The notes under the pieces: generated by a model | What the model was told of the DNA's origin: nothing | Database searches by the model: none | What the model saw: the letters and a program-made list of their open reading frames with translations, nothing else | Virus record (IMG/VR): IMGVR_UViG_3300034105_003151 | Coordinates: 1-64,000 of that record | DNA: 64,000 bases | Direction: 5' to 3' (one strand) | DNA from: a virus | Shown: positions 1 through 9,155 of the stretch, in pieces | Position numbering within the stretch: position 1 is the stretch's first letter | Layout: each line of letters opens with the position of its first letter | Translations under genes and position numbers: made by a program

Positions 1-1
1 T

Positions 2-202
2 GATGGATGCTTAAAAGATCATATTGAATTAGATTACTCCCCCGAATATCTTCACTCAGCCAAGGAGTTGACAAGCGAGGGGTGCTGTGATACACTCAAG
101 GAGGCTAAGGTCTGTGTGGAGGCAGTAACCAAACTATGCTCTAAAGCAAAGCGGAGTGTTAAGCTAAAAGGAAAACCCAAACCAGAATGGATCGTGAAAT
201 GA
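2..202 (+). CDS. 3' end of a hypothetical protein (truncated by window edge)
   Basis: Open frame 2 from window start to TGA at 200-202 (...KGKPKPEWIVK*). Confidence 0.5.
   Translation, partial: DGCLKDHIELDYSPEYLHSAKELTSEGCCDTLKEAKVCVEAVTKLCSKAKRSVKLKGKPKPEWIVK
68..96 (+). promoter_or_regulatory. sigma70-type promoter
   Basis: TTGACA-N17-TACACT. Confidence 0.6.
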
Positions 203-243
203 CTGCTGATACGATTATAACAATGAAATTTTGAGGAGGAATA

Positions 244-714
244 ATGGGTGTTAAATATGTTATAAGAGTTGGGCCATATATCGAGCTAAGTAATTTGTCT
301 GTTGATTCCAAAAAAGACATTACAGCTTGCCTCAATAAATCTTGTCCTGAAAATACCAAACCAGCATCTGGTAAGTTTTGTCCTAATTGTGGAGACAAAC
401 TTTCTCATGCGGAGCTAACTCAAAAGAGAAAGCTATCAAGTGCCGAGATTGTGGAAGACTACGTCTGGGTATGCCCCAACAGTTCAGTGTTCTATGATCA
501 CGATGCTGATGATGGAAGCTATTACTTTTATAGTCGAGAACTGATGTATGAGGTGGATTATTTTGGTGAGGTTATAAAAATCGAACCAGACGGTATTAAG
601 AAATCCTTGATCGAATTCACTAAGGATTTTAAAGACACTATAGCTAGACTAAAAGAAGTGTTTGGCGAAGATCATGTGACTGTGTCCTATGGTATTGTTA
701 CAATTGTGTGTTAA
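244..714 (+). CDS. hypothetical zinc-ribbon protein
   Basis: CxxxxC...FCPNCG motif; GAGGAGG RBS upstream. Confidence 0.7.
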   Translation: MGVKYVIRVGPYIELSNLSVDSKKDITACLNKSCPENTKPASGKFCPNCGDKLSHAELTQKRKLSSAEIVEDYVWVCPNSSVFYDHDADDGSYYFYSRELMYEVDYFGEVIKIEPDGIKKSLIEFTKDFKDTIARLKEVFGEDHVTVSYGIVTIVC

Positions 715-728
715 TGATCAAAACGAGC

Positions 729-756
729 TTGACAACCAAGAAGGATGTGGTAAAAT
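729..756 (+). promoter_or_regulatory. sigma70-type promoter
   Basis: TTGACA-N16-TAAAAT with extended TG. Confidence 0.7.
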
Positions 757-780
757 CACGTTTAGCATAAATAAGGAGTA

Positions 781-1725
781 ATGATGAAAATCGGCCTCTG
801 CTGCATCTCTCTAGAATTAAAAGATCGGGGCATCGGCCACCAGACCATGACCTTTAAACGATTCGCTTCCCTGCCTCGCCAGGAGGCTTTAACAGTGCTT
901 GGCGACCGCATCCTCAACAACCTACGGACAACAGATGAAACAATTAGATATTGTGGTACTAATGGCTGGACCTATCGTGTCAGCAGTGATATATTTCCAC
1001 TTATTACTTATGATCTGGCTAATGTCTCGTTAGACGATTTGCCTAACCATGACGAGATTCAAGACGAGTTTGACAATATCGAACAGACTATTATTGATAC
1101 TGGTGTGCGTGTCTCAGCTCATCCATCAGAGTTTAATGTGCTAGCTTCAACTAACGAAAAAGCAGTAGAGAAAACAATCACAGAATTGAATTTCTTTAGT
1201 AGTTTTTTTGATCGTATTGGTTTGCCCGCAGACTATTCGGCCCCGATGAATCTTCATGTTCATAATAAGAGTGGTAGTTATGATGAGATTATCAATCGAT
1301 TTATGTTAAACTTCGATAAACTTGACGAGAACTGTCGTAAACGCCTAGTAATAGAGAATGACGATAAGATCAATTGCTGGAGTGTAGAAGAACTGACCAC
1401 GATCTTTCATACCCACACTAACATCCCCATCACATTCGATTATCTGCATCATAAGTGTCATCCTAATGGTTTAGATGAAGAGACTGCGATCAAGCGTTGT
1501 TCTGAGACATGGGGTGAGCATAAGCCTCTTTTTCATTATAGCGAATCAGCACCGGGTAATAATCCTCGTAAACACGCAGACTATGCTACTCAACCAATAG
1601 ATACCTATGGATTAGATTTCCATTTAGATTTTGAGATCAAACAAAAAGACTTAGCTATCAAAAAATATCAGGAACTTTATCCGACTTTCGGATGTTGTCC
1701 GCTTCCCATAGGGGCTGTAAATTAG
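781..1725 (+). CDS. uvsE: UV-damage endonuclease UvdE/UvsE
   Basis: IGLCCIS, YRVSSDIFP, SAHP, LVIENDD, FDYLHH, HYSES, HADY, EIKQKD motifs. Confidence 0.92.
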   Translation: MMKIGLCCISLELKDRGIGHQTMTFKRFASLPRQEALTVLGDRILNNLRTTDETIRYCGTNGWTYRVSSDIFPLITYDLANVSLDDLPNHDEIQDEFDNIEQTIIDTGVRVSAHPSEFNVLASTNEKAVEKTITELNFFSSFFDRIGLPADYSAPMNLHVHNKSGSYDEIINRFMLNFDKLDENCRKRLVIENDDKINCWSVEELTTIFHTHTNIPITFDYLHHKCHPNGLDEETAIKRCSETWGEHKPLFHYSESAPGNNPRKHADYATQPIDTYGLDFHLDFEIKQKDLAIKKYQELYPTFGCCPLPIGAVN

Positions 1726-2404
1726 TATAATGAAAACAGGTATTTTGCTGTTCTAATTTAGTTAAATCGAAACTAGCACATGGAATAATATGGTCTATAT
1801 GCCATCCATTTCTCCCGTAATTATCCCAAGTCATACCTTCTGTAAATCTTGACTCTAAATACTGTTTGAGATAATCCGCAGTGCATCCTATGAGTTCTAC
1901 TGTTGTTATACCGTTCTTTTTTATTAATCCTCGCATTCTTCTTGATAAAGTCATTTTGATTCTAAATGCAGGATCGTTATGGTATCTATTAAGAACATAA
2001 TTAGCTGAGTATTTCCTTCTTTTTTCTTTATTCTTTGTTTGATATTCCTTAACATCTGCCAATCTTTTTTCCCTATGTTTAATATATTGTTCTTTTCTTC
2101 TTTGTTTAATTTTTTCGGGATATAGTTTTAATTCTATTCTTTTTTCTTCAAGTCTCTTATCTCTGTGTTTTTTATAACATTCCCTGCTAGATTGCAAGAC
2201 TTTATCATGATATCTTTCTCTGTATTTTCTTTTTTCTGTAACTCTTTTTTGTTGGTGCTTTTGATACATAGTCTTATTATAAGTTTTATAACAAGATTTA
2301 CACTTGGCGGCAACTCCATATTTTCCTCCGATTTTTTTAGGAAAATATTCATTCGTTGCTAGAAATGTCTCTTGACAAACGGCACAGGTTTTGGTATGAT
2401 TCAT
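1658..2404 (-). CDS. free-standing HNH (homing) endonuclease
   Basis: N-terminal CxxC...CxxC, basic helical linker, C-terminal WHIDHIIPC...CFHYTNLQPLW...N; likely ATG at 2404; 3' end overlaps uvsE. Confidence 0.85.
   Translation of the reverse strand: MNHTKTCAVCQETFLATNEYFPKKIGGKYGVAAKCKSCYKTYNKTMYQKHQQKRVTEKRKYRERYHDKVLQSSRECYKKHRDKRLEEKRIELKLYPEKIKQRRKEQYIKHREKRLADVKEYQTKNKEKRRKYSANYVLNRYHNDPAFRIKMTLSRRMRGLIKKNGITTVELIGCTADYLKQYLESRFTEGMTWDNYGRNGWHIDHIIPCASFDLTKLEQQNTCFHYTNLQPLWEADNIRKSDKVPDIF
2372..2400 (+). promoter_or_regulatory. sigma70-type promoter inside the HNH gene, firing antisense to its leader
   Basis: TTGACA-N17-TATGAT with extended TG. Confidence 0.65.
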
Positions 2405-2420
2405 CGGTGACTCAAATAAA

Positions 2421-2507
2421 AAACGCCCAAGAAACAATTAGTGCGAGTAATTGAATCAAGAGCGTTTAGTTGTTTTGTCTTATTTTGAAACGTCTCGCAC
2501 ACGCCTC
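2421..2507 (-). ncRNA. structured 5' leader of the HNH gene: two hairpins with complementary 7-nt loops (kissing loop)
   Basis: Minus strand GAGGCGU[GUGCGAG]ACGUUUC and CAAUUA[CUCGCAC]UAAUUG within the AAACGCUC/GGGCGUUU stem; the G-U wobbles only work on the minus strand. Confidence 0.6.
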
Positions 2508-2542
2508 AATTTATTATACACCATATTCGGGAGGAAGATAGT

Positions 2543-2758
2543 ATGATTGACTTTAAAAACATTGTTGATAGAATGAATTCCATATCGCTCCATCAGTGCA
2601 ATCGTGAAAAAGATGGTTCTCCAAGATGGGCAATGCATCCACTAACTTGTGGAAATAATTCATCCCATCCTCCGTTATTTCCCTGGTTCGATGGTGAACA
2701 GATTTGTTTAATATGTTCAGAATGTGATTATACCCAAAAGAACTCCTCTATATTTTAA
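2543..2758 (+). CDS. hypothetical Cys/His-rich protein
   Basis: HPLTCG...H...CSEC; GGAGG RBS. Confidence 0.6.
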   Translation: MIDFKNIVDRMNSISLHQCNREKDGSPRWAMHPLTCGNNSSHPPLFPWFDGEQICLICSECDYTQKNSSIF

Positions 2759-2954
2759 TGGAACAAATAATGAATAAATATGAAGAAGTAATTAAAAGAC
2801 TTGAAAGTGTTAAATATCTTACAGATATATCAGACGCTATGATTCTTGCTCGTAAATGGTATACGGAGGGAGAGATCAGTCGGGACGATTATACGCAACT
2901 GACGATGGTTGCGGGAATGATGGAAGCTGATTGGCCTAATATCAGAAAAATCAA

Positions 2955-3830
2955 ATGAACCTAATTGTAGAAACAGATATAGGTCATGATCCTGATGATT
3001 TTTTTGCTATCTGCTATTTAATAGCGGCTGGTGTTAATGTTAGAGCAATACTCATTTCCCCAGGCGACCCAGACCAAATAGCTATTGCTCGACTAATATG
3101 TAAAGAGACAGGTCTAGATATTCCAATAGGAACGAGTAAAACAGATCGAAATAAATTATCCTCTGGCTCTATTCATCATCAATTACTAAAAGAATACAAA
3201 TGTCCCCTTGAGCAAAAAGCAGATGGACTAGGAGTAGATATTATACAAGATATTATTACTTCCTATCCTAATAGTGAGCTATTTATTATTGGGCCAGTTT
3301 CTAGTATTGGTGCTTATATGAGTAGATATCCTGAGACTCACTTTAAAAGGGCTACAATGCAGGGAGGCTTTCTTCCCTACAGTCTATATAATCCTAAATA
3401 TCCACATCTAGATTTTATTGATAAAGTCTATATGCCTACTTTTAATCTGGCTGGTGATCCAAATGCAGGCATAATGTTTTTATCTGGCAATATTGGTCAA
3501 AGACAAATGGTTGGTAAAAATATATGTCATACAGTATTATTTAGTAGAGATATATGGAGTAATAATTTATGTCACAAGTCTAATAATCCTGCTCATACGC
3601 TATTTTGCAAAGCTGCTGATTTGTACTTTAAAAAACATAAGTCTAAAAAATTTCATGATCCTACTGCTGCCGTTTGTCATTTGTATCCAGAAATTGCACA
3701 ATGGTTTCGTGGTAATACAGTTAAAGTGAAGGAAGGCTGGACTACTAACAAAAATCTTGATGGAGACTATATTTTAGCAGATATTGATCGTGATCAGCTT
3801 TGGTCTAAATTATTTTTTTGCAACTCTTAA
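2955..3830 (+). CDS. nucleoside hydrolase (IU-NH family)
   Basis: ETDIGHDPDD N-terminal Asp motif, MQGG, FN, FHDP motifs. Confidence 0.8.
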   Translation: MNLIVETDIGHDPDDFFAICYLIAAGVNVRAILISPGDPDQIAIARLICKETGLDIPIGTSKTDRNKLSSGSIHHQLLKEYKCPLEQKADGLGVDIIQDIITSYPNSELFIIGPVSSIGAYMSRYPETHFKRATMQGGFLPYSLYNPKYPHLDFIDKVYMPTFNLAGDPNAGIMFLSGNIGQRQMVGKNICHTVLFSRDIWSNNLCHKSNNPAHTLFCKAADLYFKKHKSKKFHDPTAAVCHLYPEIAQWFRGNTVKVKEGWTTNKNLDGDYILADIDRDQLWSKLFFCNS

Positions 3831-4111
3831 AGAAAGATTATGTAATGGAACGTAAAGAGATTCTTGAAAAAAGTCGGTCAATAGATTTTGAAGGCAGTAT
3901 TGACGAAGCTATCAGTATGCTCTTAAATAAGAAGCAGGATGGGTGGACTGATATTGATACAAGATATACTGGAGACTATGTAGAGTATTTTTGTTACAAA
4001 TATAGGCCGGAGACAGATGACGAATATAATGTTCGTTTGAAAGCTATAGAAGATCAAAAAAACAATCTTCGCAAACAATATGAAGAATTAAAGAAAGAGT
4101 TTGGTGAATAA
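3818..4111 (+). CDS. hypothetical phage protein
   Basis: ORF with RPETDDEY and a C-terminal coiled coil. Confidence 0.55.
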   Translation: MQLLKKDYVMERKEILEKSRSIDFEGSIDEAISMLLNKKQDGWTDIDTRYTGDYVEYFCYKYRPETDDEYNVRLKAIEDQKNNLRKQYEELKKEFGE

Positions 4112-4404
4112 GATGTCTATATTAAGAGGAATAAGAAAAAGTATAGATACTATAGACATAATTATTTCTGATTTTCCTTCTATAGTTAAAACAACAAAAG
4201 TATTACCAGATTGGCCGTTTACTATTTTTGAAGATAAAGATATAGAATGGTTAACCGCCCTAAATCTTATGGAAGAAAAAACAGTAACAACGGATGCATA
4301 CATGATTCATACCAATCCTCCTAAATTAGTTATGACTCAAAAGGTGTATGATGCTTTTATACAACATTGTAAAGAAAACAAATCTGACTGGATTAAACCA
4401 TTAA

Positions 4405-4551
4405 ATGAGCGGTAATTTAATACTTTTTACGGCGTGTATTTACGCCTATATTTCTTTTGAACAGTTCTATAAGGGGAACCCCGGAATGGGAATCGCCTAT
4501 ACTGGATATGCGTTCAGTAATATCGGCCTTTATATGTTAGCAACCAAATAA
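4405..4551 (+). CDS. small two-TM membrane protein (not in ORF track)
   Basis: MSGNLILFTACIYAYISFEQFYKGNPGMGIAYTGYAFSNIGLYMLATK fills the intergenic gap. Confidence 0.6.
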   Translation: MSGNLILFTACIYAYISFEQFYKGNPGMGIAYTGYAFSNIGLYMLATK

Positions 4552-4562
4552 TAAGAAGAGGG

Positions 4563-4590
4563 TTGACTCTCCGATAACCTGTGGTATGAT
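4563..4590 (+). promoter_or_regulatory. sigma70-type promoter
   Basis: TTGACT-N16-TATGAT. Confidence 0.7.
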
Positions 4591-4613
4591 GACGAAATAC
4601 CCAGGAGGTCAAT

Positions 4614-4832
4614 ATGGACTGTATTTACTGCAAAAATGAGATTGATTTTGATCGATACGAGTTTCTTGTTGAAACTAATCGTTCTATGGTTTGTATAAGT
4701 TGCTCATCAGAAAATCGTGCTGTGGGATTTCTATCATATAGTCATAAAACAGCACCGGAATTAGTAATGATTCCAGCGAATAATAAAGAAAAAATTAGAA
4801 GATGCGAAAGAGTGAATCGTCGTGCTAGGTAA
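4614..4832 (+). CDS. DksA/TraR C4-type zinc finger-like protein
   Basis: CIYCKNEIDFDRYEFL...CISC matches the CxxCGxxIxxxRL...CxxC pattern; AGGAGG RBS. Confidence 0.6.
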   Translation: MDCIYCKNEIDFDRYEFLVETNRSMVCISCSSENRAVGFLSYSHKTAPELVMIPANNKEKIRRCERVNRRAR

Positions 4833-5027
4833 AACAAGAGATCAAATCAAAGCTATTTTGGGCGAACCAGACGATATCGGTGGAACTAGTAGAAAATACA
4901 AATCTCCTATGGTCTATAAATATGCTAACATAGAGTATTGGTTTATCCCATATAAAGATGGAATTTGTTTTGAGATTGTTGATGCCGATACTCGTTTAGT
5001 TATCGACAAGATTAAGAAGGAAAATTC

Positions 5028-5321
5028 ATGAAAAAATTACTACTATTAGGACTGCTATTTTTGGTTGGGTGTGATAATTCCAAAGAAGAGGAAATAGCTA
5101 AAAATAATAAAGAATTAGCTAGTGGAGGAACGGTTGTTGGCATTTTTCCAGATGGAACAAAAGTTAGAAGTTATCATATAACGGCTCCCCGCCGAACACC
5201 ATCTGGTGAAGCGTGGAATAATGAAATTCTTTTTGTTATTGATAAAAAAGAAGACAAAGATGCGAGTATTCTAATCAATGGACAATTATACGCACCTGCG
5301 GAGAACGTAAATGACAAATAA
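5028..5321 (+). CDS. predicted lipoprotein
   Basis: MKKLLLLGLLFLVGC lipobox. Confidence 0.65.
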   Translation: MKKLLLLGLLFLVGCDNSKEEEIAKNNKELASGGTVVGIFPDGTKVRSYHITAPRRTPSGEAWNNEILFVIDKKEDKDASILINGQLYAPAENVNDK

Positions 5322-5330
5322 AGTTCTCTC

Positions 5331-5358
5331 TTGACAACGCCGATACCTAGTGTATAAT
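5331..5358 (+). promoter_or_regulatory. sigma70-type promoter
   Basis: TTGACA-N16-TATAAT. Confidence 0.8.
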
Positions 5359-5384
5359 GACAGCATACCTCAAGGAGAAAAATT

Positions 5385-5792
5385 ATGCCACGCGGCGTTA
5401 AACTTTGCCCGTCATGTCAGTGTTCGAATGGACCCCGAGCTTTTGTTTGCAAGTCTTGCAATCAACCTTTCGCTTTCAAAGCAAAAAGCAAAGAGCAAAA
5501 GAACACCAAAATTATTCAGAATGTGAACTGGAAAGAATTGCAGCCGGGAGATCGTATTAAAGTTGCTGGTGGTCCGTACTACTTTAGCAAGGGTGATTTT
5601 ATCCCTATGGGCTACAAGGGTCGATTCCAAGTTTATTCTTTGGATGATAAGGGAATTATTGCAACCGGCCTAGATAAGCACACTGGCTTTGCTCATATCT
5701 ATATGGGTAAAGACTATCAGAGTAAAGAAACAGGCGTATGGAAAGTTAGACATAAGCTGGTTAAGCTTAAGACTAAGGTGACAAATGAATAA
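5385..5792 (+). CDS. zinc-ribbon + SH3/KOW-like protein
   Basis: CPSC...CKSC, then LQPGDRIKVAGGP. Confidence 0.6.
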   Translation: MPRGVKLCPSCQCSNGPRAFVCKSCNQPFAFKAKSKEQKNTKIIQNVNWKELQPGDRIKVAGGPYYFSKGDFIPMGYKGRFQVYSLDDKGIIATGLDKHTGFAHIYMGKDYQSKETGVWKVRHKLVKLKTKVTNE

Positions 5793-6096
5793 AATTGTTG
5801 CTATTAAAGATATGGAAGGCGTGTGTAAAAAAATAAGGAACAAAGTATATAAGTATTTGGAAATTAAAGTTTCTGATTATGAATATGTTACTTTGAAGCA
5901 AATATCTTCACTAGTTAAGAAAAATAGCTTAGGACTAAATGAAGATGATCGATATTTAATAGATCAAGAAGTTTTAAGCAACGTATCTTACATTGTTGAA
6001 CAAATGGTCGTTGGATTTATGCTTGCTCAAGATTTAGCTAATGGTGAGATGGATTGTTATTGGGATGATAAATCTAATGATCTAATGATATTGTAA
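5785..6096 (+). CDS. hypothetical protein
   Basis: ORF coupled to the upstream gene. Confidence 0.55.
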   Translation: MNKIVAIKDMEGVCKKIRNKVYKYLEIKVSDYEYVTLKQISSLVKKNSLGLNEDDRYLIDQEVLSNVSYIVEQMVVGFMLAQDLANGEMDCYWDDKSNDLMIL

Positions 6097-6124
6097 TTGA
6101 CAACAGTTTGTTAGGAAGTATAAT
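6097..6124 (+). promoter_or_regulatory. sigma70-type promoter for the NAD operon and tmRNA
   Basis: TTGACA-N16-TATAAT. Confidence 0.75.
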
Positions 6125-6135
6125 AAGGAGGAAAG

Positions 6136-6390
6136 ATGAAAAAAATTTATGTAGTAATTTGTGCTAGTTGTTTACTGTTCACAGGATGTACTAAAGCTGA
6201 ATATTCTCAGTTAACAGGATTTGGTAAGGACTATAATATTTCTGTTTACTCTGGTGGACAAAAAGTAAAAGAGTTTATCTCTAGTGGCAAGGTTCTAACG
6301 GAAAAAGAATCTGATGGTTGGTTTTTTATGGATAGAGAAACAGGTAAGTTGGTTAGAATTTCTGGCACCGTAATTGTGGAGGAACGCTGA
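6136..6390 (+). CDS. predicted lipoprotein
   Basis: Signal peptide with LFTGC lipobox. Confidence 0.65.
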   Translation: MKKIYVVICASCLLFTGCTKAEYSQLTGFGKDYNISVYSGGQKVKEFISSGKVLTEKESDGWFFMDRETGKLVRISGTVIVEER

Positions 6391-7277
6391 TGATTAGTCT
6401 AATTGGTAATGACAGCCCTATTGAATTTATGAACTTCCCAGATGGCGAAAGCTTTGTGAAGTTTGACTATAATAACCGCCCAATTAATATTCTCTGGCAA
6501 TATGAGAATGATGCGGAGTTCATGACCCTTGCTCAAATGTACTGGGTTATGGATGGCATAGATCGGGACGCTAGAATGCCCAAGAATCTATTTATTCCTT
6601 ACCTACCTCACGCCAGACAAGATCGTGAAGCAGCAAGTAATCAGCCGTTTTCTCTTGCGACCGCAATGCTGTTTTTGCATAATATCATTGAATTTACTAA
6701 TACTAAAGTATTTCTTCTTGATGCTCATTCCTTAGAGTTTGCCAAACTTGAAGAATACTTGAAAGATTTGGGTAAGAATATCCTAGACACCCAATCTATT
6801 GACTCGTCCGTATACTCCCCCCACTTGCAAAACGAGGGGTACGATGCTATCATCTGTCCAGACAAGGGAGCTTTGCGGAGAGCAAGCTTGTGGTACGATG
6901 CTTTTCTTGGATATGGTAAAAGAGTAGATTTTATTGAATGTACCAAGGTTCGTGATCCTAATACCGGCAATCTGTCTGAACCAAAACTAAGTGAAGTATA
7001 TGAGGACAGACTTCGTAAGACTAATAAGGCTTTGCTTGTTGACGATATCGGGACAGGATTTGGGACTCACATTCAACTAGGAAGGGTTCTTAAGAAGATT
7101 AATCCTAATCTGGAACTTGACTTGTTCGTTACTCACTCTAGCTTTACCCGTGGAAAAGAACCAGTACTAGAAATCTTTAACAAGGTTTATACTACAAATA
7201 GTCTTCCACAAGGCTTGAAGCAACAGGATGATCGTATTATCAGATTTGATTGCACCGAATTTTTGCCAAAAGTTTGA
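6390..7277 (+). CDS. Prs-like pyrophosphokinase (probable ADPR-PP synthetase, Adps)
   Basis: FPDGE, PYLPHARQDR, DAHS, PDKGA, LLVDDIGTGFGT motifs; adjacent to a Nampt-like gene. Confidence 0.85.
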   Translation: MISLIGNDSPIEFMNFPDGESFVKFDYNNRPINILWQYENDAEFMTLAQMYWVMDGIDRDARMPKNLFIPYLPHARQDREAASNQPFSLATAMLFLHNIIEFTNTKVFLLDAHSLEFAKLEEYLKDLGKNILDTQSIDSSVYSPHLQNEGYDAIICPDKGALRRASLWYDAFLGYGKRVDFIECTKVRDPNTGNLSEPKLSEVYEDRLRKTNKALLVDDIGTGFGTHIQLGRVLKKINPNLELDLFVTHSSFTRGKEPVLEIFNKVYTTNSLPQGLKQQDDRIIRFDCTEFLPKV

Positions 7278-7299
7278 ATAGAAAACGAGGAAATAAAAA

Positions 7300-8784
7300 A
7301 TGACACTTGAAATTAACCCGATTCTTTTGAGCGATAGTTATAAGCAGTCTCATTGGATGATGTACCCCGAAGGTATTATCAAACTGTACTCCAATTTTAC
7401 CGCTCGTTCTTTCAAGCATCTTAAGACTGATAAGGCTGTATTTTTTGGCCTACAGTATTATCTTAAGGAATATCTTATAGATCAATGGCAGCGTAATTTC
7501 TTCGACAAGCCTTTTGAGGAAGTAGAGAAGGAATTCAAACGATTCCACAAGCATTTCAGCCAGTACGATATGCCAACAGAGCATATTCGTAAGCTGCATA
7601 ATCTTGGATATCTTCCTATTCGTATTAAGGCTTTGCCAGAAGGATGCAAGGTTAAGGAAAAGGTTCCCTTTTTCACTATTACTAACACTCATCCAGATTT
7701 TGCTTGGCTGGTCAATTTTCTAGAAACTCAGATGAGTACTTCTATTTGGGACTACTGTGTTAATGCAACCATTGCTAATGAATATCGCCAGATTCTAAAC
7801 AGGTGGGCGGATAAGACTTGTGAGGATCGAAACTTTGTTCAGTGGCAGGGACATGATTTTAGTCAGCGTGGACGCAGCAGCACTGAAAGCACCTTTAATC
7901 AGATGGGGCATCTTCTGTCTTTTACTGGAACGGATACTATCCCATCGGTGATTGCAGCAGAAAAGTATTACAACGCAAATATGGAAAATGAACTGATTGC
8001 TGCTAGTGTTCCCGCAACAGAACATAGTGTTATGACTAGCTATGGAAAAGAAGAAGAGATTGTGGCTTTCGAAAGAATGCTTGATCTTTTCCCAACTGGA
8101 ATTGTCAGCATTGTTAGTGATAGCTTTGATCTCTGGCAGGTTTGTACTACTTTCGTTACCCAGCTTAAGGACAAGATTCTAGCCCGAAATGGCAAGCTGG
8201 TTATTCGTCCAGATAGCGGTGATCCGGTGGATATTGTTTGCGGAGTAAATCCTTGTGGGCCAGACTTTGACGAGAACTGTCAAGTCTACTCTTTGGAACA
8301 AACTAAGGGAGTTGTCGAACTTCTTTGGGAAGTATTTGGTGGAACAATTAATAGCAAGGGCTATAAGGTTCTTGATAGTCATATCGGAGTAATCTATGGA
8401 GATAGCATTAGTCGTGAACGTGCGGAAGCTATTTGCCGTAGGCTTGAGGCTAAGGGTTTTGCAAGCAACAATGTTGTATTCGGAATTGGTAGCTATACTT
8501 ACAACTACAATACGCGAGATAGTCTTGGTATTGCTGTAAAGAGTACTTACTGTGAAGTTGATGGAGAAGCGCGAAATATCTTCAAAGACCCAGTTACTGA
8601 TGATGGTATGAAGAAGAGTGCCCGTGGACTTCTAAGGATTGATCTTGTGGATGGAGAATATGTTCTCCGTGACGAGGTAACTCCAGAAGAGGAAGCTGGC
8701 GGCGAATTCAAGGTGGTGTATGAGGACGGTAAGTTACTTGTGGATCATACTCTACAAGAAATTAGAGATAGGCTTAATAAATAA
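7300..8784 (+). CDS. nadV: nicotinamide phosphoribosyltransferase-like (Nampt/Namat)
   Basis: DSYKQSH, HDFSQRG, SVPATEHSVM, VSDSFD, IRPDSG, IYGDSI, KDPVTD, KKSARG. Confidence 0.92.
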   Translation: MTLEINPILLSDSYKQSHWMMYPEGIIKLYSNFTARSFKHLKTDKAVFFGLQYYLKEYLIDQWQRNFFDKPFEEVEKEFKRFHKHFSQYDMPTEHIRKLHNLGYLPIRIKALPEGCKVKEKVPFFTITNTHPDFAWLVNFLETQMSTSIWDYCVNATIANEYRQILNRWADKTCEDRNFVQWQGHDFSQRGRSSTESTFNQMGHLLSFTGTDTIPSVIAAEKYYNANMENELIAASVPATEHSVMTSYGKEEEIVAFERMLDLFPTGIVSIVSDSFDLWQVCTTFVTQLKDKILARNGKLVIRPDSGDPVDIVCGVNPCGPDFDENCQVYSLEQTKGVVELLWEVFGGTINSKGYKVLDSHIGVIYGDSISRERAEAICRRLEAKGFASNNVVFGIGSYTYNYNTRDSLGIAVKSTYCEVDGEARNIFKDPVTDDGMKKSARGLLRIDLVDGEYVLRDEVTPEEEAGGEFKVVYEDGKLLVDHTLQEIRDRLNK

Positions 8785-9137
8785 GGGGGTGAAAGGTTTC
8801 GACTAGATATAGATACTAACATTAGCAAGTAGTGGTTGATCGGCAGGCCACTTTAAAAGTCGATCAAAACGCTTTAACTGGCGAAACTCAGTTAGCTCTC
8901 GCTGCCTGATAAAAAGGGCATCGGCGGACTACGATACCTATGGAGAGAGGGTATCAAAAGTCTGACGCAAATCTCTCTGCTATTAGAATATCCAATATAT
9001 TCTAGTCTAAGATTAATTGGTGCTGGCAGAAGAGTTTGCTTACTTTGCAATCTGCCCTAAGACTTATGAGTAAGATAAACTTGTAGAAAGTGTTTTTAGA
9101 AATATCCTAGGACGGGGCTTCGATGCCCCCACCTCCA
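8785..9137 (+). ncRNA. ssrA: tmRNA; tag (A)GETQLALAA encoded at 8880-8909
   Basis: 5' GGGGGTGAAAGGTTTCGAC; 3' GGGGCTTCGATGCCCC-CACCTCCA; acceptor stem with G3:U70; tag ORF ending LALAA*. Confidence 0.93.
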
Positions 9138-9155
9138 CTTAATAAGGAATAGTAT

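Noticed and set aside
4431-4440. GCGTGTATT as another GGTGTAT promoter
   Set aside because: It is mismatched and lies inside a small coding region.
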